In this document: positions 1 through 10,094 of the stretch, one piece after another | Position numbering within the stretch: the stretch's first letter is position 1 | How the letters are laid out: each line of letters starts with the position of its first letter | From: Candidatus Eiseniibacteriota bacterium | GTDB lineage: Bacteria > Eisenbacteria > RBG-16-71-46 | Assembly (NCBI GenBank): GCA_044222065.1 | Contig: JBGAOA010000009.1 | Location: forward strand, 14,061 to 78,060 | Length of the DNA stretch: 64,000 nucleotides | Direction: 5' to 3' | Position numbers and translations under genes: made by a program | The notes under the pieces: model-generated | Database searches by the model: none | Told to the model about the DNA's origin: nothing | What the model saw: the letters and a program-made list of their open reading frames with translations, nothing else

Positions 1-1445
1 GCGCGGTGCGCCCGAGCAGGTGCAGCATGCCGATGACGCCCGTGGTCGGCGTGCGGATCTCGTGGCTCATGTTCGCGAGGAACTGCGACTTCGCGCGGCT
101 CGCGGCTTCGGCCGCTTCCTTCGCGTTCACGATCGTCGCCTGGTAGGCGTGGCGCTCGATCGCCGCGCCGAGCGTGGCCGCGGCGCGAAGACTCGCGATC
201 TCGGCGTCCGACCAATGCCGCGGACGCTCGAGTTCGTCCACGGCGATCGTGCCCCACCACGCTCCGTGCACGTGGATCGGCACGGCGATGAACCCGCGCA
301 CGCCGTGGCTCTCGAGCGCCTGCCGTTCCGCCCCCCCGAAGTCGCTCGCATCGCCGGCGAGCGTCTGGCCGTCCCGCAGCATCGAGTTCCAGTGCGTGGG
401 CCCGCCCTCGTCGAGGAACACGTCGCCGGCTCCCGCGCCTGCGCTTCCGCCGCCCGCCGCCGCGATCCACGCGTGCCGCGGCCGCGCGGCCGCGCCGTCG
501 GGTCCCGGGTCCGCCGTTCTCGAGCACGTAGACGCGGCCGACTTCCATCGCCTCGCCGAGCTGCGCGAGCACGTCGTCGATGATCTCGCGCCAGTCGGCC
601 GCCGAGAGGAACTGCTGCGCGGCGAAACGCACGCTGTGCAGGATGCGATCACGCAGCACGAGCGACTCGGTCATGCGGTTGAAGCTCGCCCCGAGTTCGC
701 CGATCTCGTCGCGCGCTCCGAGCTCCGCGCGGACCGAGAGATCGCCGTCCGCCACGCGCGTGACCGCGTGACGGAGCCGCATGATCGGCCGCGTGAGCTG
801 CCGGGCGTAGAGCACCGAGGCGAGCAGCCCGATCGCGAGACACAGCAGCACCGCGGACGCCGTGCGGTCGTAGAGCGTGCGGACGCTCTTGTCGTAGGAG
901 TCGAGCGACAGCCCGACGTGGATCCAGCCCCACTGCAGGCCCGAGTAGTCGAACGGCCGGGCGTAGTGGTAGGCCCTGGGCCCGTCTTCGTTCGCGGGGC
1001 GCACGCTGCCCGAGGCCTCGCGGCGCTCGGGCCTCCAGAGTCCGGAGCGCGATTCCGTCCGCCAGCCGGTGCGCGTGTGCACGAGCGAGAAGCCGTCCTG
1101 GCGCGTGAGCACGATGTAGTCGATCGTCGAATCCTCGGCGAGGACGCGCGTGCAGTGGTCCACGATCGCGGTGTAGTCCTCGCTGATCGCAGCACCGGCC
1201 GCGATGTCGTGGAGCGACGCCGCGATGCCGCGCGCCTTCGAGTCGAGGTTCTCGCGGAAGGCCTGCTTCTGGGCGGGCACGACCGCGGTCACGAACACGC
1301 CGAGCGTGACGATCGTCACGAGCCACGAGAGCAGCGCGGTTCGAACGAGGATGCCCACGTTCAAGCCGCGGCCGGCCCGCGCCCCGGGCACCGCGATCAC
1401 GCCGTCTCGGGCCCCATCGGCTCCCATTCCCCGGAGCGGCGTCAT
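1..1445 (-). CDS. Membrane sensor histidine kinase (TM-periplasmic-TM-HAMP-GAF-HisKA), runs off the left edge; frameshifted at ~499-512
   Basis: ATG at 1445 overlaps the upstream TGA. Manual translation gives TM segment [25 protein letters not shown] and HAMP end [10 protein letters not shown]. In a different frame: GAF-like [16 protein letters not shown] and H-box [21 protein letters not shown]. Confidence 0.85.
   Translation of the reverse strand, partial: MTPLRGMGADGARDGVIAVPGARAGRGLNVGILVRTALLSWLVTIVTLGVFVTAVVPAQKQAFRENLDSKARGIAASLHDIAAGAAISEDYTAIVDHCTRVLAEDSTIDYIVLTRQDGFSLVHTRTGWRTESRSGLWRPERREASGSVRPANEDGPRAYHYARPFDYSGLQWGWIHVGLSLDSYDKSVRTLYDRTASAVLLCLAIGLLASVLYARQLTRPIMRLRHAVTRVADGDLSVRAELGARDEIGELGASFNRMTESLVLRDRILHSVRFAAQQFLSAADWREIIDDVLAQLGEAMEVGRVYVLENGGPGTRRRGRAAAARVDRGGGRRKRRRGSRRRVPRRGRAHALELDAAGRPDARRRCERLRGGGTAGAREPRRARVHRRADPRARSVVGHDRRGRTRASAALVGRRDRESSRRGHARRGDRAPRLPGDDREREGSGRSREPREVAVPREHEPRDPHADHGRHRHAAPARAHR
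499..512. repeat. 7-bp direct tandem duplication (CGGGTCC)x2 at the kinase frameshift
   Basis: Read directly. Removing one copy joins the two coding frames (ENGGPDGA). Confidence 0.85.
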
Positions 1446-2485
1446 TCCGCGGCCTCCTCGCCCGCCTGGGCGCGCATCGCAGGACGGTCGTGCGGCTGCG
1501 GGCGCGGCGCGCCGAGCACGTCGAACGTCGACTGGAGCGCCGACGTGGGCACCGGGACGATGCGCTCGCAACCGAAGACCGTGAGCAGCTGGCGGCCCTC
1601 CGCGGATCTCGGCAGCTCGAGGATCGCCGCCTCGACGCCCCGGCGGGAGTGGGAGCGGAAGGCACCGCGGAAGACGAGGAAACTCGGGACGACCTCGGGC
1701 GAGACGGCGACGATCCGGAGCTGCTCTCCGACCTGGGGATTCAGTTCGCGCAGGTCTTCGAACCCGCTCAGGGGCACGATGCACGCATCGGACTGCCGGA
1801 AGAACACCGGGAGCACCGCCGCGGTCAGCTTCTCCTTCTCGACGAGGCCTCCGAAGAACGTCTCCGGCGTGCCGAGCCGGCGCTCCCGGAGCTGCGCGGC
1901 GAGCCACGGGCGCGCGAGGCTCGAGCGCGCGTGACCCCAGACGAGCACCGAAGCGCCCCGCAGCGCGGACAGCTCGCGCACGCGCGAGTCGCTGCGCACG
2001 AGCAGCACGTACTGCTCCTGCACGCGGCCGTGGCGTTCGTTCACCCAGACCGTGTCGGCGTCGAGCAGTCCGCGCGGGATCTTCGCGTACTCGGCGGTCC
2101 TGAGGACGACGGCGTCCACTTCGCGACGCTGGAGCAGCGCGGTCAGGTCTTCGTTCGCCGCGAGGATGCGGCCGTCCGCCGACGCCGCATAGCGGCCGCT
2201 GCCGAGCACCTGCTGCGACCACGCGATGACCGCGGCCCGCGCGTCGGCGGGTGAGAGCCCGTTGAGGATCCCGGGCGTGAACGCGATCCGGACGTTCGGT
2301 TCGGCCGTCGCCGCGGCCCGGTCCGACGTGCCCGACGACACGCGCGGAAGCAGCGCGAGGCACGGCAGCAGCGCGCCGGCCGCGAGCGCGAACGCGAGGC
2401 GCGCGCGTCGTTCGGGACGGACGGAGCGCGCCGCACGCCGCGCCCGCGGCGCCGGCTGCCGTGCCAGGCGTCGGGCGGCGCTCAC
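1442..2485 (-). CDS. PhnD/SsuA/transferrin-like periplasmic substrate-binding protein
   Basis: C-terminal part of ORF 1442..3274, GTG start overlapping upstream stop. Signal-like segment, YVLLVRSDS..LSALRG and AVLPVFFRQSDAC; paralogous to the next gene. Confidence 0.75.
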   Translation of the reverse strand: MSAARRLARQPAPRARRAARSVRPERRARLAFALAAGALLPCLALLPRVSSGTSDRAAATAEPNVRIAFTPGILNGLSPADARAAVIAWSQQVLGSGRYAASADGRILAANEDLTALLQRREVDAVVLRTAEYAKIPRGLLDADTVWVNERHGRVQEQYVLLVRSDSRVRELSALRGASVLVWGHARSSLARPWLAAQLRERRLGTPETFFGGLVEKEKLTAAVLPVFFRQSDACIVPLSGFEDLRELNPQVGEQLRIVAVSPEVVPSFLVFRGAFRSHSRRGVEAAILELPRSAEGRQLLTVFGCERIVPVPTSALQSTFDVLGAPRPQPHDRPAMRAQAGEEAAE

Positions 2486-3426
2486 GGCGTGTCCCCCGTC
2501 CCGCCCGCGAGCGCGCGCGCGCGCGCCGGCCGCGTCGCGGACGGCGTCCGCGGCGTCGCCGGCGCGGCGCAAAGCGTACGGGCGTATTCGATCTCGGCCG
2601 GGTCGAGTTCGCGCAGCATTTCGGTCGCGAAGATGTTCAGCACCTGCTGGCCGCTCGGCAGCCGGTGGAGTTCCCGGAGCACCGGCATCAGGCGCTCGTG
2701 CGTGGCGCGTGGCAGCGTGTGTCGCACGACGAACACGGTGGATACGATTTCCGGGGACACCTCGAGCGCTGCGAGCGTGGAACCGAGCTGCGGGTTCAGC
2801 TCCTTCATGGTTTCGAAGGCGTACCGCGTGACGAGGCACGCGTCGGCCTGCCCGAAGAACACCGGCAGGATGGCCTCCGAGACCTTCGAGGTCGCGCTCA
2901 CGCGCGCGCACAGCCGCGCGAGCGGAGGCAGACCCTGAGCGACGAGCCGGTGGTCGATCCACGGCACCGCGAGTTCGGTGCGCATGTTGTCGAGCCGGAT
3001 GATGCGCTTGCCCCGCAGATCGGCGAGCCCGCGGTTCGGCCCGCCGCGGCGCACCACGACCGCGTAGGTGTCGCCGACCGAGGAGCCGATCACGGCCCCG
3101 AACAGCGAATGGCGCCCCAGGTCCCGTTCGCACCGCACGAATTCGGGCACGCTGAGCGTCAGCGCATCCACGTGTCCGGTCCGCAGCGCGGCCGTGAGCT
3201 CGTCGTTCGTCCGGAAGACCTGGACGTCGACGTCGAGTTCGAGCGCGCGATCCCGGCTCACCGCGATGCCCCACGCCTTCAGCGCGGCGCGCGCATCGTT
3301 TTCGTTCACGTTCTTGAACGACGAAACCGTCAGGGCGAGGTGGAAGGTCTCGGCGATCGCCGGCGCGGCGCCCGCGGAGACGGCCGCGAGTGCGGCGACG
3401 AGAGCGAGCGCAGCGCGCGCGCTCAT
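2482..3426 (-). CDS. PhnD/SsuA/transferrin-like periplasmic substrate-binding protein
   Basis: ATG overlaps the TolC stop. Signal peptide MSARAALALVAALAAVSAGAAPAIA, YAVVVRR..LADLRGK, AILPVFFGQADAC. Confidence 0.75.
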   Translation of the reverse strand: MSARAALALVAALAAVSAGAAPAIAETFHLALTVSSFKNVNENDARAALKAWGIAVSRDRALELDVDVQVFRTNDELTAALRTGHVDALTLSVPEFVRCERDLGRHSLFGAVIGSSVGDTYAVVVRRGGPNRGLADLRGKRIIRLDNMRTELAVPWIDHRLVAQGLPPLARLCARVSATSKVSEAILPVFFGQADACLVTRYAFETMKELNPQLGSTLAALEVSPEIVSTVFVVRHTLPRATHERLMPVLRELHRLPSGQQVLNIFATEMLRELDPAEIEYARTLCAAPATPRTPSATRPARARALAGGTGDTP

Positions 3427-4883
3427 CGCGCGCCGCCGAGCCGGCGGGTCACCTCGGTGCCGACGATGAAGTCGAGGCGCGCGCGCAGCGTCAGGTGGTC
3501 GTAGAGCACCTTGTCGTGCTGCGCCAGCATGAGCGCCTCGACGAGCTGCGCCTGGATCACGTCCTGCGTCTCGACCAGCTCGTTCTGGTAGGCGCGCGTG
3601 TTCAGGTCGCGGTTCTCGGTCGCCGATTGCGCCGCGTCGCCGGTCGCCTGGTACTGCTTCTGCGCCGCGTCGATTCCGAGCACGACGTCCTTGATCATGA
3701 GTCCGAGGCCTTCGTGCAGCAGCACGCCCTGCTCGCGCACCTCGTTCCAACGCGCGCGCGCCTCGGCGACTCGTCCCGAGGTGAGGAAGCCGTCGAAGAG
3801 CGGCAGGTCCAGCATCACGCCGGCGGTCCAGCCCGAACGGTTGCGCTCGGTCGCGAGGCCGGAGTCGAGGCCGTTCCACCAGCGGTGCAGGTCGCCCGTG
3901 AGCGCGACGCGCGGGAAGTAACCGCTGCGCGCCGTGCGCACGCCGCCTTCGAGCGCCTCGAGCCCCGCCTGCAGCTTCTGCCAGTCGGGATTGAAGACGT
4001 ACGCGGTGTCCACGAGCGCCGCGAGGTTCGCGTCCACCGGCACGTAGGGAATCGAGTCTGCGGCCGGTCGCACGCTCTCCTGCCATCCGAGTCCCGCCGC
4101 ATTCGCGAGCGCGGCCTGGGCGAGCGACTCGTTCTTCTCGAGCACCGCCACCATCGAGCGGATGGACTCGACCATGACGCGGTTCTGCAGGTAGTCGGTC
4201 TTCTTCACGCGGCCCGAGCCCTCGCGGTACATCGTCTCCGTGAGTCGGAGCGTCGCTTCGAGGCGCTCGAGCGTGAGCGAGCCGAGCTCGCGCAGCTGCC
4301 GCGCGAGCACGGCGCCGTAGTAGTAGCGCTGCACCGTCTCGACGATCTCGAGGTCGGTGCGCCGCGCCTCGGCGCGCCGCAGGTCCACCTGCCCGCGCGC
4401 CTGCTGCCGATAGCCGGAGCGCATCCCCCCGTCCCACAGCAGCCACGTGAGGCCGGCGCTGCCGACGTAGGAATCCGGATCCTGCAGCGTGACGTCCTGC
4501 GCCGGCACGGGGAAGTTCAGCGGCCCGCCGCCGAGGTCGATCGTGATCGTGCTCGGCGGAAAGTAGAAGTTCGGCGACTCGTCGAGCCGCAGGTAGCCGC
4601 CGCTCACGCGCACCTGCGGCCAGTAGCCCGCGAGCGCCTGCCGGTGCTGCGCCTCGGCGGCCGCGACCGCGAAGCGCGACACCGGACGGCGCCGGTTGTT
4701 CTCGAGCGCGGACTCGAGGCACTGATCGAGCGTCCATTCGCGAATCACGGGAGCGCCCGGCGCATCGGCGCCCGGGCTCGCGGCAGTCGATGCCGGCCCG
4801 AGCGAGAGCATCACGGCGAACGCGATGCGGGCGGGCATCCGTTGCCCGAAGGCGCGTCGCTCGCGCGGTGCGGTCGAACTCAT
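3423..4883 (-). CDS. TolC-family outer membrane channel protein
   Basis: Signal peptide, WTLDQCLESALENN, two repeats with YWPQV/YFPRV and LTWLLWDGG/LDLPLFDG. Confidence 0.9.
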   Translation of the reverse strand: MSSTAPRERRAFGQRMPARIAFAVMLSLGPASTAASPGADAPGAPVIREWTLDQCLESALENNRRRPVSRFAVAAAEAQHRQALAGYWPQVRVSGGYLRLDESPNFYFPPSTITIDLGGGPLNFPVPAQDVTLQDPDSYVGSAGLTWLLWDGGMRSGYRQQARGQVDLRRAEARRTDLEIVETVQRYYYGAVLARQLRELGSLTLERLEATLRLTETMYREGSGRVKKTDYLQNRVMVESIRSMVAVLEKNESLAQAALANAAGLGWQESVRPAADSIPYVPVDANLAALVDTAYVFNPDWQKLQAGLEALEGGVRTARSGYFPRVALTGDLHRWWNGLDSGLATERNRSGWTAGVMLDLPLFDGFLTSGRVAEARARWNEVREQGVLLHEGLGLMIKDVVLGIDAAQKQYQATGDAAQSATENRDLNTRAYQNELVETQDVIQAQLVEALMLAQHDKVLYDHLTLRARLDFIVGTEVTRRLGGAR

Positions 4884-5043
4884 CGGTCGGTCCTGTCGTC
4901 ACGCAGGCTGTCGCTCCCGCACGCGGGCGCGGGCGGCCTGCCGTCGTTGCGTCGTCGGAAGTTCGAGCCGGTTCGCGGCTCGCTGGAGCCTCGAGGAACC
5001 GCCGGCCCGTCCGGGGACGGGCGGAAGGGGCGATTCAGGGGTA

Positions 5044-5070
5044 GTTTCGGCCACACCAAGTCCGACTTGA
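5044..5070 (-). promoter_or_regulatory. Putative sigma28-like promoter of the TolC operon, overlapping palindrome CAAGTC-C-GACTTG (5057-5069)
   Basis: Minus strand TCAAG-N14-GCCGAAAC, compared with the FliA-type consensus T(A/C)AAG-N14-GCCGATA. Confidence 0.45.
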
Positions 5071-5130
5071 GCATGTTTCCCGACTCGGGCTGCGCTTCGA
5101 TCGCAGCGAGCGCGGCGAGCCGGGCATCGC

Positions 5131-5171
5131 AAAACGCACGACGCCCCGGCCGCTCGCGCGACCGGGGCGTC
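5131..5171 (-). terminator. Intrinsic terminator after rpsP
   Basis: 10-bp stem GACGCCCCGG/CCGGGGCGTC (5140-5149, 5162-5171) followed by GTGCGTTTT on the minus strand. Confidence 0.65.
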
Positions 5172-5187
5172 TCGACGAACCTCGCGA

Positions 5188-5610
5188 CTACTTCTTCGCC
5201 TTCTTCTTCGTCGCCGGCTTCTTCTTGCCCGAGGCGCGCAGCGCCTTGGCCTTCGACTTCCGATCCGAGACCTTGCGCTTCACGGCGCGCTTCTTCGCGG
5301 CCTTCTTCGCCGGCTTTGCGGCCGGCGCCGCCGCCTCGGCCTTCTTCGTCGGCTTGCTCGGGCGCTGCCAGCTCATGCCGACCTTGCGGAGCAGCGACGC
5401 CACCTGCTCGGACGGCTGGGCGCCGTTCTCGATCCAGCTCGCCACGCGCTCCTTCTTCACTTCGAGCTCGAACGGCTTCGCGATCGGGTTGTAGTGGCCG
5501 AGGATCTCGAGGAACCGGCCGTCGCGCTGGCGGCGCGAGTCCGCCGCGACCAACCGATAGAAGGGGCGCTTCTTCGCCCCGGCCCGCATCAGGCGAATCA
5601 CTACCGCCAT
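5188..5610 (-). CDS. rpsP: 30S ribosomal protein S16 with Lys/Ala-rich C-terminal extension
   Basis: MAVVIRLMRAGAKKRPFYRLVAADSRRQRDGRFLEILGHYNP; AGGAGG RBS. Confidence 0.97.
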   Translation of the reverse strand: MAVVIRLMRAGAKKRPFYRLVAADSRRQRDGRFLEILGHYNPIAKPFELEVKKERVASWIENGAQPSEQVASLLRKVGMSWQRPSKPTKKAEAAAPAAKPAKKAAKKRAVKRKVSDRKSKAKALRASGKKKPATKKKAKK

Positions 5611-5681
5611 GGGTGTTGCCTCCTGGTTGAATGACTCGGCGCCGCGCGCGCGTGCGCCGCTCGTGATCTCGTTCGATCGAC

Positions 5682-7010
<1,329 letters not shown>

Positions 7011-7037
7011 TGGCCCTTCCGTCTGTTGAAGCGCGGG

Positions 7038-7066
7038 AATGTAGCACAGCGACCGCGCGAATCGAA
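7038..7066 (-). promoter_or_regulatory. Putative sigma70 promoter for ffh-rpsP
   Basis: TTCGAT-N17-TACATT with a TG extended -10. Confidence 0.4.
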
Positions 7067-7068
7067 GC

Positions 7069-7758
7069 CTAGAGCGCGACCGCGCGCCGCAGCGCCTCGA
7101 CCGCAGCCGCGGGGGACGACGCCCGATAGACGCTGTTGCCCGCGACGAACACGTCGGCGCCGGCGGCGCGCGCGCGCGGCGCGGTGTCCACGCCGATGCC
7201 GCCGTCCACTTCGATCAGGTAGCGCAGTCCGTGGGCCTCGCGATGGCGCTTCGCCGCCTCGACCTTCGGCATCATGTCGGCCATGAACGACTGGCCGCCG
7301 AAGCCGGGCTCGACGGTCATCACGAGCAGCAGGTCGAGTTCGGCGGCGTGCGGGAGCGCGGCGTCGAATGGCGTGCCCGGCTTGAGCGCGAGCCCCGCGC
7401 GCATGCCGGCGCCGCGGATCGCGGCGAGCACGTCCGCGAGCGGGCGGTCGTGCGCCGCCTCGACGTGCACGGTCACGAGATCCGCGCCGGCCTTCGCGAA
7501 CGCGGGAACGAGGCGCTCGGGGCGCTCGATCATGAGGTGCACGTCGAGGAACGCGGGCGTGAGCTTGCGGGCGGCCTCGACGATCAGGGCGCCGAACGTC
7601 AGGTTCGGAACGAAGTGATTGTCCATCACGTCGCAGTGCACCCACTCGCGCGCGGGATCGGCGATCGCGAGGTCTTCGCCGAGCTTCGCGAAGTCGGCGG
7701 ACAGGATGCTCGGGGCGATGATGGGCGGGCGCAGCGGCAGCGGCGGTCGGACGGTCAT
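7069..7758 (-). CDS. rpe: Ribulose-phosphate 3-epimerase
   Basis: IAPSILSADF, HCDVMDNHFVPNLTFG, MTVEPGFGGQ, EVDGG; start trimmed from the longer ORF. Confidence 0.96.
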   Translation of the reverse strand: MTVRPPLPLRPPIIAPSILSADFAKLGEDLAIADPAREWVHCDVMDNHFVPNLTFGALIVEAARKLTPAFLDVHLMIERPERLVPAFAKAGADLVTVHVEAAHDRPLADVLAAIRGAGMRAGLALKPGTPFDAALPHAAELDLLLVMTVEPGFGGQSFMADMMPKVEAAKRHREAHGLRYLIEVDGGIGVDTAPRARAAGADVFVAGNSVYRASSPAAAVEALRRAVAL

Positions 7759-7871
7759 CGGCGCGGCAGTGTGCGCGAAGCGCGCGCGCGCGCGCAACGC
7801 TCCCCGAGCGAAACGGCGCCCGCCCACTGCGGGCGGACGCCGCTGCCGAACGAGCGCCGTGCGTCGCTCGC

Positions 7872-8600
7872 TCAGTGTTCGGGTGAGGCCCCCGGGCCGT
7901 GCGCGTCCGGGACGTCGTGCCCCGGGCCGGGTCCGCCGGGTCCGCGCTCGTGCATCGCGCGCAGCTTCTCGCGCTGGGCGGGCGTGAGCACGTCGGCGAT
8001 GTCGAGGTGCGTCATCGTGCGCGACTTCTGCACGCCCGCGCGCACGCCGGAGGCGCGGTCGATCTGCGCCGCGATCGCGGCGCGGTCGGGCTTGTCGGCG
8101 CGCACGAGCTTCCGCAGGTCGAGTTCGGCGAGTTCGAGGTTCTTGCGCGATTCGATGTCGGCGCGGCGCTGCCGGTCGAGCAGGTCCTCGATCTTGCCGC
8201 GCTGGGCGCTCGTCAGGTCGAGCGATCTCAGCAGCGCGTGAGCGTGCGCGGCCGGACCGCCGTGCATCCCGCCCCCCGCGCCGTGGCCCATCGGCCCCAT
8301 GCCGCCGTGCAGGCCCGCGCCGGGGCCCATCGGTCCCATGCCGCCGTGCATTCCGGCGCCGGGGCCCATCGGTCCCATGCCGCCGTGCAGACCCCCGCCC
8401 GGTCCGTGCGCGAAATCGAGATCGAGTTCCGCGTCCCACGGGTCCTCGCCGGCGAGCGCCGCGGCGAGCGCTTCGTCCGACGCCGCGAGCTTCGCCGCGC
8501 CGGGGTCCTCGGCGGGCGCCGCCGCGGCGCTCGCGATCCACGCCGCGCTCGAGAGCGCGAGCAGTCCGAGCGTCCAGGTTCGCATCCGGTTTCCGTTCAT
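7872..8600 (-). CDS. Spy/CpxP/ZraP-like periplasmic chaperone or metal-sensor protein with His/Met/Gly repeats
   Basis: Signal peptide, LDLTSAQR and VLTPAQREKL (LTxxQ motifs); GAGGAGG RBS before the ATG at 8600. Confidence 0.85.
   Translation of the reverse strand: MNGNRMRTWTLGLLALSSAAWIASAAAAPAEDPGAAKLAASDEALAAALAGEDPWDAELDLDFAHGPGGGLHGGMGPMGPGAGMHGGMGPMGPGAGLHGGMGPMGHGAGGGMHGGPAAHAHALLRSLDLTSAQRGKIEDLLDRQRRADIESRKNLELAELDLRKLVRADKPDRAAIAAQIDRASGVRAGVQKSRTMTHLDIADVLTPAQREKLRAMHERGPGGPGPGHDVPDAHGPGASPEH
8287..8391. repeat. 39-bp coding tandem repeat, about 3 copies, encoding (L/M)HGGMGPMGPGAG
   Basis: CCCATCGG(C/T)CCCATGCCGCCGTGCA begins at 8287, 8326 and 8365. Confidence 0.9.
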
Positions 8601-8661
8601 CGGTTCCTCCTCGGTTTCAGCCAGGGACATCGGGGGCACGCGCCGCGCGGCGCGCGAACGA

Positions 8662-9057
8662 TCAGTGATCGAAGAGGCTCGGATCGTCCGCTCCCGGGGG
8701 CGGCCGGCGCGACACCGGATGGAGGCGCGCCTCCAGTTCGCGGAAGCGCGCGCGCTGCCGGTCGTCGAGCACGCGCTCGAGTTCGAGCCGGGTGCTCTCG
8801 CGCACGGCGTCGAAGCGCACGCGGTGGTGGCCGAGCACCTCGTGGAAGCGAGCGCGTTGCGCGTCGGTGAGGTCGAGTTCGCGCACGACGCGATCGAGCA
8901 TCGGATGGGCGCCCGGTCCCGCGCCCGCGAACGGCGGCGGGCCGAGGCGCGGCGGCCGGTGCGCGCGCATCAGCGCGAACGCCGAGACGAGCCCGAGCGT
9001 CGTGCCGAGCAGGAACGCGGCGAGCAGGCCGACGACGATCTGCTGGCGCGGCGTCAC
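8662..9057 (-). CDS. Membrane-anchored LTxxQ-motif (periplasmic heavy-metal sensor-like) protein
   Basis: GTG overlaps upstream stop. N-terminal TM, ELDLTDAQR, VLDDRQR. Confidence 0.7.
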   Translation of the reverse strand: MTPRQQIVVGLLAAFLLGTTLGLVSAFALMRAHRPPRLGPPPFAGAGPGAHPMLDRVVRELDLTDAQRARFHEVLGHHRVRFDAVRESTRLELERVLDDRQRARFRELEARLHPVSRRPPPGADDPSLFDH

Positions 9058-9434
9058 GACGGCCCTCCGCTGTCGCGCGCGGCGCCGTGGGGCGCGGCGT
9101 CGGATGCGGGCTCGCCGGACTCGCCGAGCAGGTCGTCGGCGATCGAGCCGCCGCCCGACGCGAGCGAGGCGACGAGCGAGCCGCGCGAGGACGTCGCGGC
9201 GCCGCCGCTCCACAACCCGCCTGCGGCGAGCGCGACGACGCCCGCGGCGGCGGCGGCGGCTAGCGCGGCGGGCCGGAACCGCCACGCGAGCGCGGGCGGC
9301 GCGAACGACGCGCCGGCGGCGCGCGCCGCGAGCCGCGCGCGCGCGCGGGCGAGCGATGCGGGCGGCGCGTCGGCGCGCACCGAGGCGAGCAGCCGCGCGA
9401 GCCGCGCGTCGTCGCGATCGAGCGGCGCGCTCAC
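9054..9434 (-). CDS. Putative single-TM anti-sigma factor
   Basis: Coupled (GTGA) to the ECF sigma stop; short cytoplasmic N-terminus plus one hydrophobic helix. Confidence 0.6.
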   Translation of the reverse strand: MSAPLDRDDARLARLLASVRADAPPASLARARARLAARAAGASFAPPALAWRFRPAALAAAAAAGVVALAAGGLWSGGAATSSRGSLVASLASGGGSIADDLLGESGEPASDAAPHGAARDSGGPS

Positions 9435-10000
9435 GCGCCCCCCTCCCGCGCGAGCGGCGCGAGCGCGGCCTTGAGCTGCGCGCGCGCACGGAAGAGGCGC
9501 GCGCGCAGCGCACCCTCGGCGATGCCGAGCGTCGCGGCCGCCTCGGCGTAGGGCAGTCCGACGCGGTGGCACAGCACGACCGCCTCGCGCTGCTCCGCGG
9601 GCAGTGAGGCGATCGCGCGTTCGAGCGCGGCGAGCGTGGTCGCCGAATCGAGCGCCTCGTCCCAGCCCTCGACCGGGTCCACGCGCAGTCCCGCGCGCTC
9701 GATCCGCGCGGCGTCGTCCAGGTCGCCCGCGATGAAGCGACGACGGCGCAGCCGGTCGCGCGACAGGTTGAGCACGATCCGCAGCGTCCACGCCTTGAGC
9801 CCGCCCGTGCCGCGGAAGCCGCCCGCCTTCTCGAACACGCGCACGAGCGCGTCCTCGACGACGTCGTCGGCTTCGTCCCGGTCGCGCAGCAGCGTGCGGG
9901 CCAGCGTGGTCATCGCCCCTCCGTACTCGCGGTAGATCACCGCGAGCGAGTCCAGGTCGCCGGCCGCGAGCTGCGCGATGAGTCGTTTCTCGTCGTCCAA
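9431..10000 (-). CDS. ECF RNA polymerase sigma factor
   Basis: Region 2 EADDVVEDALV...WTLRIVLNLSRD; region 4 LPAEQREAVVL...YAEAAATLGI...RARLFRAR; TTG start with GGAGGAG RBS. Confidence 0.92.
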   Translation of the reverse strand: MDDEKRLIAQLAAGDLDSLAVIYREYGGAMTTLARTLLRDRDEADDVVEDALVRVFEKAGGFRGTGGLKAWTLRIVLNLSRDRLRRRRFIAGDLDDAARIERAGLRVDPVEGWDEALDSATTLAALERAIASLPAEQREAVVLCHRVGLPYAEAAATLGIAEGALRARLFRARAQLKAALAPLAREGGA

Positions 10001-10030
10001 CCGCGCGGCTCCTCCCGGCGTTCGGAGTAG

Positions 10031-10057
10031 AGACGATCGGGGACCGGCCCGCGTTAC
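10031..10057 (-). promoter_or_regulatory. Putative autoregulatory ECF promoter
   Basis: Minus strand GTAAC-N17-CGTCT, about 30 nt upstream of the sigma gene; matches the generic ECF AAC/CGT pattern. Confidence 0.55.
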
Positions 10058-10094
10058 GCGGATTCCCGGGCCCGTCGGGCAGGGCGCGCCCGGT

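Noticed and set aside
4884..5187. SRP RNA or other ncRNA near ffh-rpsP
   Set aside because: No SRP helix-8 motif seen; the region is explained by a terminator and a promoter.
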